Below, piece by piece: positions 8,697-15,775 of a DNA stretch of 64,000 bases (its first letter is position 1; the number at the start of each line of letters is the position of its first letter). The notes below the pieces were generated by a model. The model made no database searches and had not been told where the DNA came from. It saw nothing but the letters and a program-made list of their open reading frames with translations. This DNA comes from an uncultured Solibacteraceae bacterium (GTDB taxonomy: Bacteria; Acidobacteriota; Terriglobia; Bryobacterales; Bryobacteraceae): assembly GCA_964353255.1 (NCBI GenBank), contig CAYGVJ010000007.1, positions 317-64,316 on the forward strand. Direction: 5' to 3'. The translations under genes and the position numbers were made by a program.

Positions 8697-9956
8697 ATGG
8701 CTGCGAGTCAAGTGAAGCTGTGGGTTGGGGCGCTCTGCCTGGCGACGCTGGCACAGGCTGCCGAACTGCCCGACGAGCGCGTGCGCCGCTACATGGATTA
8801 CAAGTTCGGGATGTTCATCCACTGGGGGCCGTATTCGCTGGCGAGCGTCGAGGCCTCCTGGCCCATCATGCGGCCGGAGCGCAAGGAACGCGGGACGATC
8901 AGCGAAGCCGAGTACCGCTTGCTGCCCACACGGTTCAACCCGGTGAAATTCGAGCCCAAGGCCTGGATCCGGCTAGCCAAGGAGGCGGGCCAGCGCTACA
9001 TGGTCTTCACCAGCAAGCATCATGACGGGTTCGTGATGTTCGATTCGGCCTACACCGACTACAAGATCACTAACACGCCTTACAAGAAGGACCTCGTGGC
9101 GGAACTGGCGGCGGCCTGCCGTGCGGAAGGGATGCCGCTGGGCTTCTACTACTCGCCGCCGGACATGAACCACCCGGGGTACCGCGACACCTCGAAGCCC
9201 TCCAGCGCCAACTGGCGCGGAGAGCCCACGCGCGCGGAATGGGTCACCTACCTGGACTACATGGAGGTGCAGGTGCGGGAGCTGCTCACGCGCTACGGCG
9301 AGCTGGCGGTGGTGTGGTTCGACGGCCTGGGCGGCGGCGCCTACGATGGGCTCCGCTTCCAGAAGCTGGTGCGCGAGCTCCAGCCCAAGGCGGTGATGAA
9401 CAACCGCATCGGGATCGCGGGCGACTTCGAGACCCCCGAGCAGTTCGTCCCCAAGACACTACCCACGCGGCCCTGGGAAACCTGCATGACCATCAACCGC
9501 ACCTGGGCCTACAACCGGAACGACACCAACTACAAGTCCACCACGCAGTTGATCCGGATGCTGATAGAGGTGGCCGGCAAGGGCGGCAATTTCTTGCTGA
9601 ACGTGGGGCCGACGCCGGAGGGCGCCATCCAACCGGAGTTCGAGGAGCGGCTGCGCGGGATCGGCGCCTGGCTGAAGGTGAACGGCGAAGCCATCTACGG
9701 AACGACCGCCGGCCCGCTACAGGATCTGCCCTGGGGCCGCACTACGGCCAAGGGCGGGACCATCTACCTGCACGTGTTTGACTGGCCGAAGGGGACTCTG
9801 GAGGTGGCTGGCCTGCGCGCCCGGGTGCGGCAGGTCTCCCTGCTGGCGGGAGGACAACGCCTGCGGTTCACCCAGAGAGGCGACCGGTTGAGCGTTCAGA
9901 CGCCGGAGCAAGCGCCCGACCCGCACGCTACGGTGCTGGCGTTGCGCACCCGCTGA
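8697..9956 (+). CDS. Exported alpha-L-fucosidase, GH29 family
   Basis: Signal peptide; GH29 motifs YKFGMFIHWGPYS, TSKHHDGF, VVWFDG, GGNFLLNVGP. Confidence 0.85.
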   Translation: MAASQVKLWVGALCLATLAQAAELPDERVRRYMDYKFGMFIHWGPYSLASVEASWPIMRPERKERGTISEAEYRLLPTRFNPVKFEPKAWIRLAKEAGQRYMVFTSKHHDGFVMFDSAYTDYKITNTPYKKDLVAELAAACRAEGMPLGFYYSPPDMNHPGYRDTSKPSSANWRGEPTRAEWVTYLDYMEVQVRELLTRYGELAVVWFDGLGGGAYDGLRFQKLVRELQPKAVMNNRIGIAGDFETPEQFVPKTLPTRPWETCMTINRTWAYNRNDTNYKSTTQLIRMLIEVAGKGGNFLLNVGPTPEGAIQPEFEERLRGIGAWLKVNGEAIYGTTAGPLQDLPWGRTTAKGGTIYLHVFDWPKGTLEVAGLRARVRQVSLLAGGQRLRFTQRGDRLSVQTPEQAPDPHATVLALRTR

Positions 9957-9989
9957 TCAGCGAGCGCTCCGGGCCGCGGGAGCGGAAGC

Positions 9990-10009
9990 CGCGGCGGCCT
10001 CAGCCGCCG
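9990..10009 (+). terminator. GC hairpin downstream of the fucosidase gene (possible terminator, no U-tract)
   Basis: GCGGCGGC-CTCA-GCCGCCGC, 8-bp stem with a 4-nt loop, 34 nt after the stop codon. Confidence 0.25.
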
Positions 10010-10172
10010 CCGTCCCGAGCGGCGGTGGTGAGTGGGTGGATGATGCGCAACTTCCATCGTATCAAACAGTTCGCCTGTTGTGAGACGCGCCGACAGGTTG
10101 CTGTTGTTCAGGATTGTCTTCTGTTCACGTATCGTGTACAATGGGGTTGTGTGAACAGGAGGGCGTCCTGAC

Positions 10173-11207
10173 ATGAAAAGGCACAACCTGCCCGTGCTCC
10201 ACGCGGCCATAGCGGGCTTGCGCCGGACGACGGGCCTTACGGCCCGGATCCTCGCCCAGGAGCCGCTCACTCCCGCCGGTCGTGCGGATGCGGTGCTCGA
10301 AATCGAGGCAGGTGGCCACGCGTATCGCTTTGTCGCCGAGGTGAAGGTTGTCGATCGGTTCGAGACTCCCGCCCAGGTGAAGAGGCGGTGGGCCGGCCCA
10401 GACGCCGTCCCGATTCTGGTGGCGCCATGCCTCACGCGCGATGCGGCTCAACGTTGCCGAGAACTGCGCTTAGCCTTCATAGACACGGCGGGCAATACTT
10501 ACCTCGAAGGCCCCGGACTTCTGATCTGGGTCGTCGGTCAACCCCATCCGATCGAACTGAAGCGACAACGGTTTCGGGCGCTCAACCCGGCAGGACTCCA
10601 GGTCACCTTCGCGCTACTGTGCCGTCTGGACCTTATTCAAAGCACTTATCGCGAGATCGCCCGAGCGGCAAACGTGGCGCTGGGAACGGTCGGACCTGCG
10701 ATCAAGGATCTTGAGGCCCGCGGTTTCATTCGGTGGGCGCGCAGCGGAGCACGGCGAGTTGTCGATCCTCGCCGGCTCCTAGAGGAATGGGTGACCTATT
10801 ACCATACGACCCTGCGCCCGAAACTGAATCCACGACGTTTCGACGCAGATACGGACTCCTTAGAGAAGGCGGACCTCAAGGCGTACGACGCGTACTGGGG
10901 AGGAGAGGTTGCGGCGGACAAGCTCACGCACATGCTGAAACCGGCCACGTTCACGATCTATGCCCGCGAACTGATTACCCGCCTAGTTTTGGGCCAACGC
11001 TTGCGTGCACGCGCAGGCGGCCGGATCGAAGTTCTCGACGCGTTCTGGAACTTCGCCGCGGACCCGGGCCATCCCGACGTCGTGCCTCCGGTGCTTGCCT
11101 ACGCGGACCTTCTCGCGACGCAGGACGGCCGTAACATCGAGGCGGCGAAGCTCATCTATGACCAACTTGTCGAACCCGCGTTTCATCGTGCCGGTCAAGC
11201 CGGTTGA
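10173..11207 (+). CDS. AbiEi-family type IV TA antitoxin / transcriptional regulator with an extra N-terminal domain
   Basis: Central wHTH (STYREIARAANVALGTVGPAIKDLEARGFI) and an AbiEi-type C-terminal region (LLEEWVTYY...LRPKL...YWGGEVAADKLT). AGGAGGG Shine-Dalgarno upstream. Followed by an NTase gene. Confidence 0.65.
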   Translation: MKRHNLPVLHAAIAGLRRTTGLTARILAQEPLTPAGRADAVLEIEAGGHAYRFVAEVKVVDRFETPAQVKRRWAGPDAVPILVAPCLTRDAAQRCRELRLAFIDTAGNTYLEGPGLLIWVVGQPHPIELKRQRFRALNPAGLQVTFALLCRLDLIQSTYREIARAANVALGTVGPAIKDLEARGFIRWARSGARRVVDPRRLLEEWVTYYHTTLRPKLNPRRFDADTDSLEKADLKAYDAYWGGEVAADKLTHMLKPATFTIYARELITRLVLGQRLRARAGGRIEVLDAFWNFAADPGHPDVVPPVLAYADLLATQDGRNIEAAKLIYDQLVEPAFHRAGQAG

Positions 11208-12033
11208 TCCACTCACGGGTCGCGTACTTCGTCGGGTAGATCAAGCCGCGGCGGCGTGTGGCTCGCGATGCTTCGTGGCGGGCGCTATGGCGCGAGACTT
11301 GGTCTTGGTGAACGCCTTCGGGCTGCCGCCCGGCCGGGCGACCAGGGACATTGATTTCGGCATTGCGGTCGAGAGCTGGGAACAGTTTCAGACGCTCAGG
11401 GCCAACCTGATTGAGACCGGCCAGTTCGACGCCGCGCCGCGGGATGCCCGCCGACTGTACTGGAAAGACCCGGACGCCGAAGTCGCCACTCCCATTGACC
11501 TCATTCCCTTTGGCGGAGTCACGTCTGAGGACAAGACCATCGCCTGGCCTCCAAACCGGGATTTCGTGATGAACGTGGCCGGATTCGAGGAGGCGTTGGA
11601 GTCCGCAATCGAGCTGCGAATCGAAGACGACCTCGTCGTCTCAGTAGCGTCAATTCCGGGACTCACCGTTCTGAAACTGATCGCTTGGCAGGATCGCCGG
11701 AGTAGGAACAACCAGGACGCGGCAGATCTCATTCGCCTCCTGGAGTACTACGCGGAGGCCGGGAATCTGGATCGCCTCTACGAACAGGAGATGCTTCTGC
11801 TCGAGACTGCTGGTTTCGACCTGGAGCTGGCGGGAGCACAGCTATTGGGGCGCGATGCGGCTCGCATCTGCCAAGCGGCGACACGGCAGCAGGTTTCCGC
11901 TCTTCTCAGTTCGGAACCGCTTGTCGACCAACTGATCGTCCAAATGGACCGAACAGGATTCAGCGAAGACCTGCAAACGGAACGGATCTCCGGCCTCTTG
12001 AGACGGTTCTGTCAGGGTTTCCTCGGCGCTTGA
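11158..12033 (+). CDS. AbiEii/AbiGii-like nucleotidyltransferase toxin
   Basis: NTase signature FVAGAMARDLVL...GRATRDIDFGIAV and a helical C-terminal domain. Overlaps the AbiEi-like gene. The start is uncertain (ATG 11158 or GTG 11188); the longer 11005 frame overlaps AbiEi implausibly. Confidence 0.7.
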   Translation: MTNLSNPRFIVPVKPVDPLTGRVLRRVDQAAAACGSRCFVAGAMARDLVLVNAFGLPPGRATRDIDFGIAVESWEQFQTLRANLIETGQFDAAPRDARRLYWKDPDAEVATPIDLIPFGGVTSEDKTIAWPPNRDFVMNVAGFEEALESAIELRIEDDLVVSVASIPGLTVLKLIAWQDRRSRNNQDAADLIRLLEYYAEAGNLDRLYEQEMLLLETAGFDLELAGAQLLGRDAARICQAATRQQVSALLSSEPLVDQLIVQMDRTGFSEDLQTERISGLLRRFCQGFLGA

Positions 12034-12043
12034 TTGTGCTGCG

Positions 12044-12160
12044 CCGGTGCTGCACCTGGTCCAGAGCGTGCGCGATGAGGCGCGCCGGCTCGCGGCGACC
12101 TTCGACCGCACGCGGCGGGAGGCGGCGCGGCGGGTCAAGGGGTTCTACGAGCCTGCCTGA
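12044..12160 (+). pseudogene. uvrC: Displaced uvrC tail, copy C (older, HhH segment deleted; ...RTRREAARRVKGFYEPA*)
   Basis: 12044-12133 aligns to uvrC 7601-7690 with about 10 mismatches in 90 nt (PVLHLVQSVRDEA...). It then joins directly to a terminal peptide resembling copy B. Confidence 0.75.
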
Positions 12161-12540
12161 GGCTCCGGCGCGCTCTCGCCCGCCTCGCGGATGAGCGCGG
12201 CGCAGCGGGCGGCTTGGTAGCGCAGTTCGAGATCCTCAGCGAGGCTGAGGAGTTCGTCTCGGCTGGCCCGGCCGGGCCGCAGCGCATTGTAGATCTCCAG
12301 GATGCGCTCCGCAGGTACGTTCACCAGCTCGGCGGCGCGGCGTAGGTTCTCGGCAAGCTGCGGCCTGCCGGAGGATGCGGCGATTTGCGCCTGAAGCTCC
12401 AGCGCCTCGGAAGTCACGCGCAGGTCCTCCATGGTAAGGGCGCCCTCGAGGACGGCTTCGAGCGTGATTTCCCGGAAGGGCAGCCCGGTGGGGGTCTTCA
12501 GCCGCTCGGGGACCTTTTCGGCCAGCGGGTACTCAGGCAC
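12145..12540 (-). CDS. pduE: B12-dependent diol/glycerol dehydratase small (gamma) subunit
   Basis: YPLAEK..PERLKTPTG..FREITLEAVLEG....DLRVT..ALELQAQIA...GR.QLAENLRRAAEL..VP..RILEIYNALRPGR is a classic PduE/DhaB-gamma pattern. Its GTG start overlaps the upstream stop (GTGCCTGA). The longer 184-aa frame is rejected. Confidence 0.85.
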   Translation of the reverse strand: MPEYPLAEKVPERLKTPTGLPFREITLEAVLEGALTMEDLRVTSEALELQAQIAASSGRPQLAENLRRAAELVNVPAERILEIYNALRPGRASRDELLSLAEDLELRYQAARCAALIREAGESAPEPQAGS

Positions 12541-14764
12541 GGCGCACCCCCAGTTCTTGGGGCGGTTTCCGCTGGTCCACCTGCTCGGTCTCGCGCAAGT
12601 GCAGAATGGTGGTCTGGACGATGTAGCGCAGCCGGGCCATGTTATCGATCCGGACCGGGACGGGGAGCACCGGCTCGCCCTTGGCGTAGTTGGCCGCATT
12701 GCGTCCGATGACGCGGTAGGACTCCAAGGTCAGGTTGGGCGCTTGCGGGAACAGTTCCAGGTTGCTGAGCGGTTCCAGGTCGCGGCGGTGGATGACCGTG
12801 GTGCCCTTGGACTGGATGCCGATGCTGACGCCCGAACCGCTCAGACGCGCTCCGGCATGGCCGATGAAGCCGCAATCCGAGGTGTGGTAGATCTTGACCA
12901 CCCGCGGCTTCAGGCCCTCCTGCTCGATTCCCTCGAGGAGCGCCTGAAGCACTTCGGCGTGCGGCAGGCCGAGCAGCGTAGCATCGAGCGCGGCGCCGAA
13001 GGCCGGGCCCACGGCGATGACGATCTCGCGCGGGTCATCGCCGGGGCGGGCTTCACCCACCTCTTCCAGCCACGCCGGTTTAGCTTCCGCCCGCGCCCGG
13101 CCAATGGCCCGCGGGTCCTGGGCCTGCGGGATGCCGGCGATCTCGCCGGCCCGCTCGGGGCTGAGGCGATAGCCGCTGCCGGGTCCCTGGTAGTCGTTGG
13201 GATCGTTGACTGCGCTCAGGACTCTGGCCCCCGGCAAGACCACGGCGGAGGTTTGCAGGTAGTCGCCGGAGACCCGCAGCTTCTGTATGGCCAAGATCTT
13301 CCCGGCGATGTCGCGGAAGCCGCGCCGCGCCAGGGCCTTGATCACGTCCACGCCGTTCAGTCCCCGGCTGAGGAAATCCTCGGCGGCTTCCAGATCCGCC
13401 ACCACGTTGCGCTCCGGCATATCGTCGCTCGAGTAGGCGATGACGGCAGCCTCGACCTCGGCATCGCTGATCGGCGGCAGGTCTAGTTCCCCGAAGACGG
13501 CTTGGACGGCCTGAGCCGCGCGCCGCCGCACCTCCAGCACCTCAGGCTCGAGCACCGGCCGCAGCCCGCCGTCGGCCTGCATGTCGCGCTGGAGAACGTT
13601 GTAGTCGTCCAGGTCATCGGCGTCGAAATTGCCCCCGCCGAAGAGGTTGTCCTCGCGCGGCATCGAGCTGTAGCCGGAGAAGATGAAATCGGTGCCCGGC
13701 AAGAACTGGAGCATCAACTTGGAAGCCTTGCGGATGTCGGAATGCGAGGCCATGGCGTCGTTGCCCGAGGCCACTTCCAGGTCGAGGGCGGCGGCAATCA
13801 GGTTCTCTGCCAGCACGCCGCGCACGCCGCCGGGCAGCGACTCGGGCAGCGCGATGCAGCTTATCGAGCCGTTCTGAACCCCCTGGGAGCCGGCGCCCTT
13901 GATGGCCATCAAACAGCGGGTTTCCAGGTAGATCATCGACTTGCCTTCGGCATGCCCCATCAGGGCCTCCGAACCGCTGCCGGAGGTGAAGCGGACCTTG
14001 ATGCCGCGGGAGGCGTAGGCCGAAGCGAGGAACGCTTTCGACCAGGGAGTGTCGTCGCCGTCGCGGAAAGCCTGCTCGGTACCGTAGACCGAGAGCGTTT
14101 CGGCGTAGGTGGTCAGCCCCAGCAGCGCCAGTCGCAGGCCCAGCGACTCCTCGACCGCGCACTGCGTCAGGGCCGTGCCGCGCCCGGTCTGCGAGCCGAC
14201 CAGCACCGCGAGCGCGTTCAGCGGGGCATAGCGCGCCACTCCCACCGTGGTCTCCAGCTCCGCGAAACCGCGCTCGACCGCCTCGGCGGCGTCGGCGGCC
14301 AGCAGCGCCGGGTTCTCGCGGCGGTTGGTGACGTGCGCCTGGTTAGAGGGGGTCTTGCGGGCCCGCATCTTCTGGAGGGCCATCATCATCTCGACCACGT
14401 TCAGGTGGTCAACCACCTGCATGATCTTGGCCGGCGTGAGCCCGGCGAAGAGGCGCACGACCTCGGCGCGCGGCGTGTGGATGTCCACCAGCATCCGGGC
14501 CAGAGCCTTCGAGTCCGTAGCCATGGCAGCCTCGGCGACGGGGACGTCGATGGCGTGGCGCGCGATGAAGCGGTCCAGCATGTCGTAGCGCGCTTCCGGC
14601 GTGCCGTCCAGCTCGATGATGCGTCCGTCGCGCACCTTGATCTGTGGCTTCGGATCGAAGGGGCTATTGAAGACCACCAGGCCGGTCTCGGGCCACTCCT
14701 GGATGAAGGTGTCCCGGTTAACGTCGCGCCGGGCGCGCGCCTGGAAGCGTTTGGAGACCGCCAT
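12533..14764 (-). CDS. pduC: B12-dependent diol/glycerol dehydratase, large (alpha) and medium (beta) subunits fused in one 743-aa polypeptide
   Basis: Colinear with PduC over ~550 aa (NVVEMMMALQKMRARKTPSNQAHVTN, GDDTPWSKAFLASAYASRG, QFLPGTDFIFSGYS). It continues into a PduD-like region (EIVIAVGPAFG, RLSGSGVSIGIQSKGTTVIH, LSNLELFPQAP). Confidence 0.9.
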   Translation of the reverse strand: MAVSKRFQARARRDVNRDTFIQEWPETGLVVFNSPFDPKPQIKVRDGRIIELDGTPEARYDMLDRFIARHAIDVPVAEAAMATDSKALARMLVDIHTPRAEVVRLFAGLTPAKIMQVVDHLNVVEMMMALQKMRARKTPSNQAHVTNRRENPALLAADAAEAVERGFAELETTVGVARYAPLNALAVLVGSQTGRGTALTQCAVEESLGLRLALLGLTTYAETLSVYGTEQAFRDGDDTPWSKAFLASAYASRGIKVRFTSGSGSEALMGHAEGKSMIYLETRCLMAIKGAGSQGVQNGSISCIALPESLPGGVRGVLAENLIAAALDLEVASGNDAMASHSDIRKASKLMLQFLPGTDFIFSGYSSMPREDNLFGGGNFDADDLDDYNVLQRDMQADGGLRPVLEPEVLEVRRRAAQAVQAVFGELDLPPISDAEVEAAVIAYSSDDMPERNVVADLEAAEDFLSRGLNGVDVIKALARRGFRDIAGKILAIQKLRVSGDYLQTSAVVLPGARVLSAVNDPNDYQGPGSGYRLSPERAGEIAGIPQAQDPRAIGRARAEAKPAWLEEVGEARPGDDPREIVIAVGPAFGAALDATLLGLPHAEVLQALLEGIEQEGLKPRVVKIYHTSDCGFIGHAGARLSGSGVSIGIQSKGTTVIHRRDLEPLSNLELFPQAPNLTLESYRVIGRNAANYAKGEPVLPVPVRIDNMARLRYIVQTTILHLRETEQVDQRKPPQELGVRRA

Positions 14765-14770
14765 GGCCGG

Positions 14771-15700
14771 CTACTTCTTCCGGATCTCCTCGAGCCGCTT
14801 CTTCAGGTACTCCTGGTATTCCTTCTTGAGCTCCGGGTCGCGCGGGCTGCCGTAGATGTCGCTGGAGACGTACTTGCCCTCGTCGAATTTCATCCGCGTC
14901 CACTCGTCGTGGATGTGGGTTTCGTCGGCGCGGTCGAGGACTTCCTTCACCAGTTGCGGCGGAACGAAGAACACGCCTTCCTGGTCGCCCACGACGAGGT
15001 CGCCCGGCATGACCGTAGCGTTGCCGATGCGCACCGGGATGTTGATGCCGGTCAGCGTGACGTTGCCGATGGCGCTGGGGTGGACGTGCCGGAAGTAGGC
15101 GGGCATGTCCATCTGCGAGACGCCTTCCAGGTCGCGGATGCTGCCGTCCAGCACGATCCCTGCGCCCCGGGTGGTCTTCATGATGTAGTAGAACAGGTTG
15201 TCGCCGACGATGGTGCCGTTTTCTTTCTTGCCGAACAGGTCCACCACGATGACGTCGCCGGGCCCGAGCATGTCGATTACCGTCTGATTGCTGAGCCGGC
15301 TGAGGCCGCGGGCTTTGGCCTTGGTGAGGGCGACGCTGTCGAGGTCGGGGCGCGCCGGCATGAACTGCGCGGTGAAGGCCCGGCCAACCAGCTTCTTGCC
15401 GGGATGCAGGATGCGGAATCCGTCTTCATACTGGTTGCGGAAACCTTTCATCGCCAGGACGCCGATGATATCCTCGGCGGATAGGCCGCGGGCCCTGGCG
15501 ATCAAGTCGTCGGGGACCTTCGGCCGGCCGTCAGGGAATCGGTCGAAGGGGTTCTGCGCGGTGTACTCGATGAGCTCTTCCTTGCTGAACGCGAACACCT
15601 GGCCCCGGGCAGGGGCCGGCGCCAGCAGCGCCGCCAGGCACGCCCCCAGGACCAGGGCGGCCATCCACCTGGCGGAACGAGTTGCGGTGGTGTGAATCAT
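14771..15700 (-). CDS. RraA-family (RraA / HMG-CHA aldolase-like) protein with an N-terminal signal-like peptide
   Basis: The core DVIVVD...GDNL....K..G..G.V.DG.IRD resembles the RraA fold. N-terminus MAALVLGACLAALLAPAPARGQ. GGAGG Shine-Dalgarno upstream. Sits 6 nt upstream of the dehydratase gene. Confidence 0.7.
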   Translation of the reverse strand: MIHTTATRSARWMAALVLGACLAALLAPAPARGQVFAFSKEELIEYTAQNPFDRFPDGRPKVPDDLIARARGLSAEDIIGVLAMKGFRNQYEDGFRILHPGKKLVGRAFTAQFMPARPDLDSVALTKAKARGLSRLSNQTVIDMLGPGDVIVVDLFGKKENGTIVGDNLFYYIMKTTRGAGIVLDGSIRDLEGVSQMDMPAYFRHVHPSAIGNVTLTGINIPVRIGNATVMPGDLVVGDQEGVFFVPPQLVKEVLDRADETHIHDEWTRMKFDEGKYVSSDIYGSPRDPELKKEYQEYLKKRLEEIRKK

Positions 15701-15775
15701 GGTTACCTCCCAATCACGCTTTTACCGTGATGGTACTTCAGACGGCGACCGAGCCGCTTGGCATAGGCTGGAGGG

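Larger units (their letters stand above)
8662..12043 (+). mobile_element. Second inserted segment (GH29 fucosidase plus AbiEi/AbiEii) lying between uvrC tail copies B and C
   Basis: Flanked by uvrC-derived fragments. The 10040-12030 part is visibly lower in G+C. No recombinase gene. Confidence 0.4.

Noticed and set aside
12541-12699. N-terminal 53 codons of the 184-aa ORF for the dehydratase small subunit
   Set aside because: This stretch overlaps the end of the alpha-beta fusion gene in another frame. The PduE homology begins exactly at the GTG that overlaps the upstream stop.
13502-15484. 660-aa ORF on the plus strand (with 12431-13486, 351 aa)
   Set aside because: It is antisense to the diol dehydratase and RraA-like genes, which have unmistakable family motifs. 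Its Arg/Gly/Ala/Val/His-rich composition is typical of off-frame translation in high-G+C DNA.
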